This document shows, piece by piece, positions 39,711-48,606 of a stretch of DNA of 61,112 bases. Position 1 is the first letter of the stretch. The number at the start of each line of letters is the position of its first letter. Under the pieces are notes generated by a model, which was given only the letters and a program-made list of their open reading frames with translations, searched no databases and was not told the DNA's origin. The stretch is from a virus (taxonomy: Duplodnaviria > Caudoviricetes): positions 1 to 61,112 of the IMG/VR virus record IMGVR_UViG_3300032116_000195; one strand, given 5' to 3'. The translations under genes were made by a program, and so were the position numbers.

Positions 39711-41355
39711 CGTTTAGTTTTTCTACTGGGTGATATCTGCTGTTGTTGATATTGAATTGGAAGTAGTTGACTCCAACCTGACCTGAGTACTTAAACCTTA
39801 CCTTCCATCTGTGTAGTTCAGTCTGCTTGGTCTCGAGGTTTCTGTAGACAGTCATACCATTGTCAGGTAGGTTGAACCAGTGTGACGAGTCTCCAACATC
39901 GTATCCGTTAGGGACTCTGTAGATGCCACTCTTGATCTCAGTCATCTTCTTTGGGTGCGCCACAAGAAATACATGGACACCAAAGTTTCTGGCGAACCTT
40001 GACACATCGTTCATCATGTTCTTTATCTGGTGGTGTCTAGTATCGGTCTGGTTACTCATACTCTTCTCGACAGTACTCATGTTGTCGATGACCATGATGT
40101 TCACGCCAAACCTCTTGACCATGTCTTTGGCCTTCTCAAGGATACCCTCAATAGATAGGTCGTTATCTGACAACCGATAGTACTTGAAGTGTTCGTTCAT
40201 GAATGGCGTCCACTCCTCAATTTCATCACGGGTGATCCTGCTGCTGTAGTCAGACTTGAAGAAGGACTTTCCTATGCCAATCTGATACATATCAGATAAT
40301 GCAAAGGCTGTGTTGGCCTCCTCGGCTGAGTAGATGAATGACTTCAGTCCGTGCATCTCCGCCAGCTTAAAGATGACGTTCTTGATGAAGGTGGACTTGC
40401 CGTGTCCCGGTATGCCAGTCACGAGAGTAACCTGACCGGGATGCCAGATGAAGTCCATACCAATGTCAAAGCCTTGAGGAGTACCCTCGTCATATAGACT
40501 GAGAACCTCATGCTTTACAGATAGTGCATCGTCAATACCTTCTACAGGAAACGGACTGGCTGAGTTGTAACACTCGACCAATCCTGCTGTTCCGCTGTTG
40601 ATCAGGGTATCGTTGGCGTCCTTGTATGGGAGTTCAATGATCCAGCAGTTGGATTTGCCCAGCCTTCTGGCTAACTCGTTTCTCAGAGCTATGCCAGCCT
40701 CGTCCATGTCTGTAGCTAAGCAGATCCTCTTGCCATCAAAGATGTGGTACACCTCGTCAAGCCATTCCAGCTTCTGTGATCCTTTGCTTGCTCCGTTGGG
40801 TACAGAGATTACGTTCTTGATGCCAGCCTCGTAAAACGAGAGCGCATCCATTTCGCCTTCGACAATAACCAGTTCAGTGTCAGAATTGTCAATTGCAACG
40901 TCAATCCCGTAAGGAATAAGCTGAGCACCAGAAACCATTTTAAAATGCTTATCACTAGTCCTGTACTTGATGTTGATGAGTTCGCCATTGTAGTAGTAGT
41001 TGAAGTGAATGGTGTTTCTCTGTTCGCTAACCTGAGGCATGTATTCCAGCCCCTCTGATATCTTATATCTAATGAGAGTCTGATTGGATATCCCCCGATC
41101 TGCAAACCATTTGACTACGCCATCACTTAAGGTCTTGAGTTCTGTCATCGGCCTGAAGTATTCCTTCTTTGGCGTCTTGATAGATCCCTTCCAACCACAG
41201 TTATGGCAGTTCCATATACCTTCAGCCACATCAACGCTGAGGCAAGGATCGCTCTTATGCTTCCTGCTGTCAGAGCACTTTGGACAGACAACCTTGACGT
41301 TGCCTCTCTGTCCATCTCTGACATTAATGCCCAATGATCTGAGTTGCTGAATCAT
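39625..41355 (-). CDS. Bifunctional primase-helicase (T7 gp4/Twinkle-like)
   Basis: CPKC..CHNC zinc finger, TOPRIM motifs VEGEMD and DMDEAG, Walker A GIPGHGKS, VFLVAHP. Confidence 0.92.
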   Translation of the reverse strand: MIQQLRSLGINVRDGQRGNVKVVCPKCSDSRKHKSDPCLSVDVAEGIWNCHNCGWKGSIKTPKKEYFRPMTELKTLSDGVVKWFADRGISNQTLIRYKISEGLEYMPQVSEQRNTIHFNYYYNGELINIKYRTSDKHFKMVSGAQLIPYGIDVAIDNSDTELVIVEGEMDALSFYEAGIKNVISVPNGASKGSQKLEWLDEVYHIFDGKRICLATDMDEAGIALRNELARRLGKSNCWIIELPYKDANDTLINSGTAGLVECYNSASPFPVEGIDDALSVKHEVLSLYDEGTPQGFDIGMDFIWHPGQVTLVTGIPGHGKSTFIKNVIFKLAEMHGLKSFIYSAEEANTAFALSDMYQIGIGKSFFKSDYSSRITRDEIEEWTPFMNEHFKYYRLSDNDLSIEGILEKAKDMVKRFGVNIMVIDNMSTVEKSMSNQTDTRHHQIKNMMNDVSRFARNFGVHVFLVAHPKKMTEIKSGIYRVPNGYDVGDSSHWFNLPDNGMTVYRNLETKQTELHRWKVRFKYSGQVGVNYFQFNINNSRYHPVEKLNDGSDKTKFIGQPITNKDIQGFASLADSL

Positions 41356-41908
41356 GTTTCTGTTTGTTTAGCCAGTAGTGGTTGGCGTCATCTAAATATT
41401 TGAGGAACTTGCCGGAGAATAGAGTTGATGGTCTGTTGTACTCCTTCATCTTATCGTCATCGCCCCAGCTTTCTTTCTTGTGGACGATCACACTTCTGAA
41501 GTGATCGAGTGTCAGCTTGCTGTTCTGCTTCAAGATCTTCTTGACGAGTTCGATGTTGGAGTGGAGCTGATACTTAGTACCGTTGACCTCATTGAAGTAT
41601 TGCACAACCTGCTTAGCTAAATCATCGTGGGCTGTGGTTGTGACAACCTCTTCACCTTCATGCGCCAGATACCATTTGTTGGAAGGGTAGTAGTATCCAT
41701 TCTCTAACTTTTCTATCAGGCCCATTTCAATCAGAGTCTTCATCGACTGACTGATAGTACCAGAACTCAGACCGAGCAACTCAGATAGGTAGATAACCCC
41801 AGTTCCCTTCATCAAGGGACGGAGTTGAGCACATGCATGGCATACCATGTACGTGACGGGCGTGAGATTTAACTTCGCCCGAACTGAGTGATCGATTACT
41901 GATATCAT
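41324..41908 (-). CDS. Replication initiator-like protein (N-terminal HTH, Phg_2220_C-like C-terminus)
   Basis: HTH-like segment plus YNRPSTLFSGKFLKYL. Confidence 0.75.
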   Translation of the reverse strand: MISVIDHSVRAKLNLTPVTYMVCHACAQLRPLMKGTGVIYLSELLGLSSGTISQSMKTLIEMGLIEKLENGYYYPSNKWYLAHEGEEVVTTTAHDDLAKQVVQYFNEVNGTKYQLHSNIELVKKILKQNSKLTLDHFRSVIVHKKESWGDDDKMKEYNRPSTLFSGKFLKYLDDANHYWLNKQKHDSATQIIGH

Positions 41909-42288
41909 AGATAGTCTTCAAGTTTGATGTATGGGTTTCGCTTGGTGTGGAACTTGATGGCATTGAGACAGAGGCAGGTCTTGACGTACAGCTTGTTGAC
42001 CGAGTCATCAAACTGCCTGAGCGTACCATTATCTTCTCTATTCTTACCCTCTTTGTAGTATTCCCTGAAGACGGACACCTTGTGTCGGAACGAATCGTAT
42101 CCGCAGTCGATGTACTCCATGATGTCGGTGGTATCGAAGCCGTACATATCCGCCAGTCCAACAAATACCGTTCGTGCCAGCTCCTTGTTTCCTTCATACT
42201 CCTCTGAAACCTGCATTGGCTTTAGACCTTCTCTGTCCCAGACAAAGTTTGGTCTCATCACCTTTTCAATCTCATTTAGCTTTATCAT
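41905..42288 (-). CDS. Hypothetical protein
   Basis: Likely ATG at 42288 within ORF 41905-42354. Confidence 0.55.
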   Translation of the reverse strand: MIKLNEIEKVMRPNFVWDREGLKPMQVSEEYEGNKELARTVFVGLADMYGFDTTDIMEYIDCGYDSFRHKVSVFREYYKEGKNREDNGTLRQFDDSVNKLYVKTCLCLNAIKFHTKRNPYIKLEDYL

Positions 42289-42310
42289 TGCTTTTACATT
42301 TGTTATTTTA

Positions 42311-43294
42311 TCACAATCTGACCTGAAACTGTTTTCTCCATGTGATCTTTCCACTCGGAAGGTTCATAATCGTTGCACCCTCTTTCTCCATCACCTGCTT
42401 GAGTCTGTTCTGGTAGAGCTGCTTGTCACTCTCGAGTGCTTTGATGTCTGAGTTCAGCTTGGTGTATGTGTATGCCCACTGCTCATGCTCATCTGATCCC
42501 TGCATGGCGATCTCATTCTCCCGAGCCTTATGCTTTTCAGAAACAAAGTCATTGAATGCCTGAGAGCTGTCAGCCTCTGGTTCAAAGTGTGATGCTATTT
42601 GCAACGCCTCATCTATCGGTGCACCACTGATAGCCTTCCTTGCCTCTGATACACGCCTATTGAAATTGATGGCGGCATCCAGTATCGCCATTTGAATCTC
42701 AGCATCTGCCTCGAACGTCACGCAACCCAGATCTCTTCCGTCCTTGAGGTAGCAGATCTCAGCGTAGTTCCATTCAGTAACAAGCATGTAGTGCTGCACT
42801 TGAAGGAGATAGCTCGGGGGTAGTCCAGCCTCATAGGAGTCAGCAGAGTAGCCGGAGATCGTCTTGATCTCCAGCACTCCTGACTTTTTCCCGTAGCTTG
42901 GATGTTTGGTTATCTTGGCATCGATGTTGGCGAAAAGAAAAGGGTACTTAGGATTCTCGATGATGGCTTTAACCTTCCTAAACTTCTTAATCTTATTGTC
43001 GGATAGGGTGTTAGTGATCCAGCCTTCTTCAGTGCCGTCATAATACTGCCAGCACTTGGCGACATAATCTTCTAATTGTTTGCCGTGAAGAATAGCCGAA
43101 TTGATTTTAGTTGGTAAGTTGGACAGTCCTATAGCTTGGTAGAATAAATTAATAGCACTCTTATATTTATTCAAACCCAACAGAGTACCAGCATCTGATC
43201 CCCCGATCATGCCCCTATTTACAAAAGACTGGCGCAGGGTTTGCCATTCGGCCTCGCTGAGCTTAGCCGTTGGAGTTAGTTTCAAGTGCTTCAT
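42311..43294 (-). CDS. YqaJ-like (lambda exonuclease family) recombination nuclease
   Basis: IGGSDAG..LG..Y, GKQLE, ANID, LEIKT and YLLQVQHYM. Confidence 0.9.
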   Translation of the reverse strand: MKHLKLTPTAKLSEAEWQTLRQSFVNRGMIGGSDAGTLLGLNKYKSAINLFYQAIGLSNLPTKINSAILHGKQLEDYVAKCWQYYDGTEEGWITNTLSDNKIKKFRKVKAIIENPKYPFLFANIDAKITKHPSYGKKSGVLEIKTISGYSADSYEAGLPPSYLLQVQHYMLVTEWNYAEICYLKDGRDLGCVTFEADAEIQMAILDAAINFNRRVSEARKAISGAPIDEALQIASHFEPEADSSQAFNDFVSEKHKARENEIAMQGSDEHEQWAYTYTKLNSDIKALESDKQLYQNRLKQVMEKEGATIMNLPSGKITWRKQFQVRL

Positions 43295-43965
43295 TTCTTA
43301 ACTGATTTGGTTATTGCTTCCGCCTTAGATTGATTGATCATGGTAGTCAGCAGCTTCTTCTGTGACTCATTGAGAGAGTACTTCTTGATGGCGGACTCAA
43401 CCTCTTTGATCTTGCCATCAGCAATGAACTTTACCATAGCATCGTACTTGTCTTGAGGTAGGGGAGGAAGATCAGAAGTGGGTGTGCTCGGGGGTGTAGC
43501 TCTAGTAACAGAAGGATTGTAATTAGGTGAGAATGTAACCATATTAGCTCCCTGATTAAGAACTCCAGTACCTCCAGCGAATCCATTTACACTAACGGTA
43601 TTCGCATCATCATCTTCATCAGCGATGATCAGGTTAAGCAGACCAGTCAAGCTGTACCTCTTTGCATAGGATACCGCAGACCCATAGTCTTGTGCTGTAG
43701 ACTTTCCGGCAACCACCGGGAAGACAGACTTGATACATTTCTCAGTATCAATATGCCATACAGTAGACTCAACATAGGGTAGACCCTCAATAACTACATT
43801 GGCCTGAGTTACAACCAGTCCAGACTTAATCAGATAGGGTTTGATGTGCTTTTGTATGTCATCGAAAGACGCATACTTAGACTTAAAGAATGGGTTGTTA
43901 GACGCCCGAACGATCGGGGGGCAAATATCTTGGAACTTGCTGAGCGATTGCAGTAATGTATTCAT
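43291..43965 (-). CDS. ERF-family single-strand annealing protein
   Basis: NPFFKSKYA and QDYGSAVSYAKRYSL..L....EDDD. Confidence 0.9.
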   Translation of the reverse strand: MNTLLQSLSKFQDICPPIVRASNNPFFKSKYASFDDIQKHIKPYLIKSGLVVTQANVVIEGLPYVESTVWHIDTEKCIKSVFPVVAGKSTAQDYGSAVSYAKRYSLTGLLNLIIADEDDDANTVSVNGFAGGTGVLNQGANMVTFSPNYNPSVTRATPPSTPTSDLPPLPQDKYDAMVKFIADGKIKEVESAIKKYSLNESQKKLLTTMINQSKAEAITKSVKK

Positions 43966-44182
43966 CGATGTATTGATTTAGAAATAGATATTCCTCAGCT
44001 TTGAGGAAAATGGTTTGCCAGTCGTAGGTAAACTTGGTTCTGTCGCCAACCCTTATAGCCTTTATAAAGTGACCGGAGCAGAGCTGTTCGTAGTTCTGTA
44101 TCAACCAAATACGATAGGGATGAAGCTCATAGGACGCCCCGTTAAATGTTAAAGTATCATCTAAAAAGTTATATTTTGTCAC
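43898..44182 (-). CDS. Hypothetical protein, first gene of the operon divergent from the repressor
   Basis: 94-aa ORF with a GTG start. Confidence 0.5.
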   Translation of the reverse strand: MTKYNFLDDTLTFNGASYELHPYRIWLIQNYEQLCSGHFIKAIRVGDRTKFTYDWQTIFLKAEEYLFLNQYIDEYITAIAQQVPRYLPPDRSGV

Positions 44183-44255
44183 TATATCAAAGTTCTTTAA
44201 ACTATTTTAGATAGTGAATTAAACAAATGATTAGTTTTACTATGTTTTTTCAACA

Positions 44256-44263
44256 TAAATTTG
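44256..44263 (+). promoter_or_regulatory. Bacteroidota -7 promoter element for the repressor
   Basis: TAAATTTG matches TAnnTTTG about 20 nt upstream of the ATG. Confidence 0.55.
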
Positions 44264-44282
44264 TTTAGACAATTTTTTAAAT

Positions 44283-44573
44283 ATGAAAACAGTAGGGCAG
44301 AGATTAAAAGATATAAGGCTTGATGCTAGGATGACACAAAAAGAACTGGGAAAACTTGTGGGTCTCAGTCCCGGTTCAATTGGTGCAATGGAGAATGATC
44401 TTTATACACCGAACTTTGATGTTATGCGTGTTTTAAAGAAGAGGCTAAACGCATCATATGATTATATCATAGATGGTGTTAAATCTAATAGTATTGATCT
44501 ACAGAAAGAAAATGAAAGGCTAAAGAGTGAAATAGAGAGACTCACTAGAATAGTTGACAAATTACTGAAATAG
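44283..44573 (+). CDS. XRE-family HTH repressor
   Basis: GQRLKDIR...MTQKELGKLVGLS..SIGAMEN...P; divergent from the recombination/replication operon. Confidence 0.88.
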   Translation: MKTVGQRLKDIRLDARMTQKELGKLVGLSPGSIGAMENDLYTPNFDVMRVLKKRLNASYDYIIDGVKSNSIDLQKENERLKSEIERLTRIVDKLLK

Positions 44574-44721
44574 CATCTCTCTTTTTTAGCTTGTTATTTC
44601 TAGACTTAGCTGCTCGACATGGCTTACAATAAATGGATCTGTTCTGACTCATGCGGTGGTCTATACCGAACTGGTCGAGCGGCTTAGTTTCCCCACAGAC
44701 TTTACACTTTTTTACTTTCAT
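44545..44721 (-). CDS. Small Zn-finger protein (58 aa, not in ORF track)
   Basis: MKVKKCKVCGETKPLDQF...YCKPCR. Confidence 0.55.
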   Translation of the reverse strand: MKVKKCKVCGETKPLDQFGIDHRMSQNRSIYCKPCRAAKSRNNKLKKRDAISVICQLF

Positions 44722-44950
44722 GGTTTACATATTTTTCGTTATAGTATTGCTCGGCATCTCCTTCAAACATGGGGTGGAGGTCGTGCCTATAGGCATCCAT
44801 GATCTGCTCTTTTTCCATTGCTTTGGCTTGTTCTAAAAACTTATCTCTCCATTCATCAGCTGTACCTGCTGATATTTCATCTCTGTTTCGCATCCAAGTG
44901 ATATAGTTATATCTCTCAGCCAACCATTCAACCGCTGTTTGTTGTGCCAT
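44702..44950 (-). CDS. MAQQTAVEWL-family small protein
   Basis: Paralog of 34958-35197 and 35201-35413. Confidence 0.7.
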   Translation of the reverse strand: MAQQTAVEWLAERYNYITWMRNRDEISAGTADEWRDKFLEQAKAMEKEQIMDAYRHDLHPMFEGDAEQYYNEKYVNHESKKV

Positions 44951-44963
44951 CGTTTAATAATTT

Positions 44964-44991
44964 AAAAACCCCGATCCGAAGACCGAGGGTT
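44964..44991 (-). terminator. Intrinsic terminator with UUCG tetraloop
   Basis: Minus strand aaccctcggtc-ttcg-gatcggggtt then a T run. Confidence 0.75.
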
Positions 44992-44996
44992 AGTTT

Positions 44997-45257
44997 TTAG
45001 TTGGTGAATATATCTTCGCAGTATTCATCTGCTGTAGGCCAGTCATCATTCAGCATCAATCCGATCATGACAAAGTCAACAGCATCTTGATACGTTTTCC
45101 TGATCATTTCCACCTCATCATCCAGCATCATTTCAATTTCCGTGATCAGCTCATCGTTGTTCATCTGCTTGGCTATATCGAGTAGCCTTCTGAGTGGAGT
45201 TTCAGTTAAACATCTTTCCATAGTAGTCATTGATTTCAGATTTGTAATACTTTTCAA
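44997..45257 (-). CDS. Hypothetical protein (likely start 45221 or 45230)
   Basis: ORF downstream of the integrase. Confidence 0.55.
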   Translation of the reverse strand: MKSITNLKSMTTMERCLTETPLRRLLDIAKQMNNDELITEIEMMLDDEVEMIRKTYQDAVDFVMIGLMLNDDWPTADEYCEDIFTN

Positions 45258-46488
45258 CGTGTCCTACGTACCGCTCAAAGGCGGTGGAATTGGTGCTGTG
45301 TCCACTGGCGAACTTGATGAACCTCTCAGGTACTTTGTTATAGATCATCGTGGTGATGGCGGTCTTCCTGAGCAAGTGAGGGTGGACCCATTCCCATAAT
45401 GGCTTGGAAACAATGAACTCTTTTCCCCGAACATCTACATCTGCAACAGATACGATCTCGTGAAGGTCATCGTACATCCGGAAAAAGTCTTTCATTCCCT
45501 TATAGACAACCTCTCTGTCAGGCTGGATGGAATAGATCCGCCCGTGCCTTGTCAGGTTCTCCCGATAGATGTCGGAAAGGAACTTAGGCAGTGGCATCTC
45601 CGAGTACACACCAGTCTTCTCATTCTTTTTGCGGAGGTAGACAATATCCTTAGTCAAGATCAGATCTTTTTCTGTCAGACTCATGGCGTCTCCGATCCTC
45701 AAGGTTGTGATCAGAATGGTGGCGCTGATCTCCCACAAAAATTTCTGCTCGGGGGACAGCTTATTGTACATACGATCATCATCATTGAGAAACTTACGAA
45801 CAAACTGGTGATCGAATACCACGATGGCTTTCTGATGGCTGTCCAGTCTCTGTATTTTAGGGATAGAGAAGAACAAGCGATCTGCCCAGTACTTGGTAAT
45901 GATACCAGTCATGTTCATGATCTCGGATCTGCTCTTGATGGCCAGTCCACGATCGATCAGATAGTCCTCGTACTTTTTCCAGTAGTTGGCGAAATCATCA
46001 GCCACTTGTCGTTTCTTTTGGGCATCCCAGTTTGGATCGATGTGGTAGTCTCTGATATCCATTGGCTTGTAAAAGTGGGAGTACTCGTTGAGTAGGTTTG
46101 CCACGTACCTATAGATATCAATCGATGCCTTAGAGTAATGCTTCTTGCCATTAGACTTTACCTCGCCAGTTACCATGTACTTGATGTAGCGCATGAATAG
46201 ATCATTGAGGATATAAGTCTCAGTCTCCGGCAGTTCGGGGGGCTTTTCTTCAAACAGCTCACGTACCTTTTTAAAGTCTCTATGTTCGAGATAAAGTTCT
46301 GTGAGTCTTATTCTTGTTCTTGACAGATCAGCATTCAGTTGGGCAACCTCTGCTGTCCTGCCCTTAAACTCGCCATTAAAGCGAAGGTGAGGGTAGATTG
46401 TGATGCCAGTTGATATCCTATAGGATTCACTCCCATCCGATATTCTTGCTTGTACAACCCGACCTCTTGCATAAAACGTAATCTTCAT
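45202..46488 (-). CDS. int: Tyrosine recombinase/integrase
   Basis: Catalytic R (TLRIGD), K (EKTG), HLLR, SGH and Y; N-terminal arm-binding-like ISTGI segment. Confidence 0.9.
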   Translation of the reverse strand: MKITFYARGRVVQARISDGSESYRISTGITIYPHLRFNGEFKGRTAEVAQLNADLSRTRIRLTELYLEHRDFKKVRELFEEKPPELPETETYILNDLFMRYIKYMVTGEVKSNGKKHYSKASIDIYRYVANLLNEYSHFYKPMDIRDYHIDPNWDAQKKRQVADDFANYWKKYEDYLIDRGLAIKSRSEIMNMTGIITKYWADRLFFSIPKIQRLDSHQKAIVVFDHQFVRKFLNDDDRMYNKLSPEQKFLWEISATILITTLRIGDAMSLTEKDLILTKDIVYLRKKNEKTGVYSEMPLPKFLSDIYRENLTRHGRIYSIQPDREVVYKGMKDFFRMYDDLHEIVSVADVDVRGKEFIVSKPLWEWVHPHLLRKTAITTMIYNKVPERFIKFASGHSTNSTAFERYVGHVEKYYKSEINDYYGKMFN

Positions 46489-46529
46489 AATAGAGGGTTT
46501 AAATTGTTATTAGAGTGCAATATATCTAA

Positions 46530-46760
46530 AATAGTGACACAATTTCCACCTCATGAAGACCAGTGTGCATAACAATATTATCAGGCTTTGGCGAATGGTT
46601 TTGCTCATTTCAGCACACCAAATCAGCACACCTTTACGTAATTAGTTGATTTTCAATTACTATCTACTTAACATAATATACGGTGCGTGCCGTTGGGTAT
46701 TGCAAAGTAGTTGATTCTATTGACTTTGCAAAGTTATCCTCAGAATTATCATCACACTTT
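46530..46760. other. Putative attP region with dif-like core
   Basis: TCAGCACACC direct repeats (46610, 46623), an IHF-consensus match (46639-46651, minus) and a XerD-like arm TTATGTTAAGT (46666-46676, minus) directly upstream of int. Confidence 0.6.
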
Positions 46761-47101
46761 TACACTACCATAACAGACCTCATCATCGTTAAAATTTTCT
46801 CTGTGCTGAGTAGTTCTGATGAGTCAACAATGCGTTTACAGAGGTGATCATAAAGATCGGCATAATCATCGATATCTCGATATCTATTTGGATGATCTTT
46901 GAGGTGGTGAATAATTGTCGTATGGTGAAGGTTCAGTAAACCCCCGATCTGAGTGATAGTTCGGGAGTGATACCTTCTCATGACGTTAACAATGGCGCAC
47001 TTGATGTTGATGATCTCCCGTCTGCGAGATCTTGTGTAGGTAATGTCAAGACCAGTAAAATCTTTTGCCAGTTCAACAAGTTCTTTAAATTTTTGATCCA
47101 T
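46760..47101 (-). CDS. DnaA domain IV-like HTH protein
   Basis: RSRRREI...TITQIG..LN.HHTTIIH resembles the DnaA C-terminal DNA-binding signature. Confidence 0.7.
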   Translation of the reverse strand: MDQKFKELVELAKDFTGLDITYTRSRRREIINIKCAIVNVMRRYHSRTITQIGGLLNLHHTTIIHHLKDHPNRYRDIDDYADLYDHLCKRIVDSSELLSTEKILTMMRSVMVV

Positions 47102-47145
47102 TTTTATTTTTTAAAAGGTCAATAACTAAGTCGCACATTTCTTCA

Positions 47146-47328
47146 TTAATCCTTCTCAGGGACTCTATAGTTATCCTTCGTTCTTGTACGGACATTGAGT
47201 CTAACTTCGAGAGAGCATCGTTTATCTGTCTGAATATTTGCATTACTTCCTTGTTCATATAGTTTTAGTTTTTCTTCAGGGTATCCGAGTTGTCGGTGGA
47301 TATGAATCATCCATTCATTGAAGGTCAT
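47146..47328 (-). CDS. Small hypothetical protein
   Basis: 60-aa ORF with coupled start/stop. Confidence 0.45.
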   Translation of the reverse strand: MTFNEWMIHIHRQLGYPEEKLKLYEQGSNANIQTDKRCSLEVRLNVRTRTKDNYRVPEKD

Positions 47329-47561
47329 TAGTAATAAATTTTAACGTAATCTCCGACCACTTCAAAGGTGATCCGAAGGTTCTCGAAATAGAGACATCTA
47401 CCCATGTACTGCTGGGTATAGAAACCGATCTTGGGTTCTTCATCTCTTTGGCAGATGAGTTGCAGTTCCCCCGATGGTTCGGGAGAACTGAACCCATCCA
47501 GTCCCCAAGAGAATGACACTCCATCTTCGATTCTACTCATAATCTGTCGAAACTTTGTCAT
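47328..47561 (-). CDS. Hypothetical protein
   Basis: 77-aa ORF in the operon. Confidence 0.5.
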   Translation of the reverse strand: MTKFRQIMSRIEDGVSFSWGLDGFSSPEPSGELQLICQRDEEPKIGFYTQQYMGRCLYFENLRITFEVVGDYVKIYY

Positions 47562-47769
47562 TCAATACTGCTTTTGCTATGTTAATAATCTCATCAGCCA
47601 GTTCAGTCTCAGCCAGTAATCCTGACTGACCCTCCTCAAAGTGAAGGATTTCTACCGACCTAAATCTTGCTGACAATTTATGGATGTCGTAATGTTCTCC
47701 ATCCATGTCTGCGTCAACGAAGATCTCTATGTCTTCGCCATTGACTGGGTATTCAAATCGTACTTTCAT
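47533..47769 (-). CDS. Hypothetical protein
   Basis: ATG at 47769 overlaps the upstream stop. Confidence 0.55.
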   Translation of the reverse strand: MKVRFEYPVNGEDIEIFVDADMDGEHYDIHKLSARFRSVEILHFEEGQSGLLAETELADEIINIAKAVLNDKVSTDYE

Positions 47770-48041
47770 AAGTTTACTTCTATGGTTTTGAGGTAGCCGT
47801 TTCCTTTGTTGAGGATGGCTTCTTCCCGTGAATTGAATGCTTCGCTGGTTACGATCTTGCCTGCCCATCTTTTTACGTTCACGTAGATGGTGTTGACAAG
47901 GTCGTTCTTGGATCTGTACTTGCTGGCGTAATTCCCTTTACGATTCCAAGTCAGTTTCTTGCCATCTACCTCTCCAACGTAGCAGTTGAGTTCCTTTACG
48001 AACGTGAGGTTCTTTACTGGTCTTCCTTCTCTTGTGTGCAT
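47766..48041 (-). CDS. Hypothetical phage protein
   Basis: TREGRPV...W...G....NDL pattern. Confidence 0.6.
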   Translation of the reverse strand: MHTREGRPVKNLTFVKELNCYVGEVDGKKLTWNRKGNYASKYRSKNDLVNTIYVNVKRWAGKIVTSEAFNSREEAILNKGNGYLKTIEVNL

Positions 48042-48160
48042 GGTTTTGTATGTTCGGATATTCCCCCGAACTGGGTTAAAAGTTGCCTTACCTTTTCCCC
48101 TAATTCCATATTGTTAGGGGTGTCTAAGATTAGTTGTACTGGGACAGCGATATAGTCCAT
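48014..48160 (-). CDS. Small hypothetical protein (48 aa, not in ORF track)
   Basis: MDYIAVPVQLILDTPNNMELGEKVRQLL...; starts just after the tRNA-like gene. Confidence 0.45.
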   Translation of the reverse strand: MDYIAVPVQLILDTPNNMELGEKVRQLLTQFGGISEHTKPCTQEKEDQ

Positions 48161-48173
48161 GATTAAATTTTAG

Positions 48174-48244
48174 CACCCATCCGAGGATTCGAACCTCGAC
48201 CTCTGCCTTTGGACGGCATTATTCTACCATTAAAATAGACGGGG
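48174..48244 (-). tRNA. Degenerate tRNA-Trp(CCA)-like gene
   Basis: Cloverleaf with T arm cgagg-TTCGAAT-cctcg, D loop AATGGTA and anticodon loop gtCCAaa; mismatches at 1:72, 10:25 and 27:43. Confidence 0.65.
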
Positions 48245-48254
48245 AGGATAGCGT

Positions 48255-48560
48255 CCTATCCTATATGCGATCGGATATAGTTAGTACCGATTTGGCTTTT
48301 TTATATGCGATGGGGTATAGTATTGCACTATTGACAAGAATAATCTGAATTGCATATAAATATTTACCATAATGTGCGACATAATGCACAGTAACACAAA
48401 TTATGTTAGTGTGCAGATTTTAGTTTATTTAATGGGTAAATTGTATATCACAATTCTTCGAAAATGAATGACAAATGTCAAGTTTTTTGTGCAATTTACT
48501 GGACAAATCTGCCAGTTTCACTACCTAACTATGTCACAAATTTTTGCTGTTTTTGTGACA
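48255..48560. repeat. Array of short palindromes/inverted repeats
   Basis: CTATATGCGATCGGATATAG and a variant copy, TGCACA..TAACA/TGTTA..TGTGCA, and TGTCACAAA-N11-TTTGTGACA. Confidence 0.65.
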
Positions 48561-48594
48561 AAAAAACCCCTTCAACGTAGACACGTTCGGGGGT
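48560..48594 (-). terminator. Intrinsic terminator ending the early small-gene operon
   Basis: Minus strand acccccgaacgt-gtct-acgttgaaggggt then T7. Confidence 0.75.
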
Positions 48595-48606
48595 GGAAAA
48601 CACACA

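Noticed and set aside
45460-46095. 211-aa plus-strand ORF and similar antisense ORFs in the track
   Set aside because: Shadows of well-supported genes on the opposite strand (here the integrase), with no motifs
48384-48411. Second dif-like site (ATGCACAGTAA-CACAAA-TTATGTTAGTG)
   Set aside because: Weaker arm matches; better explained as part of the palindrome array, though not excluded
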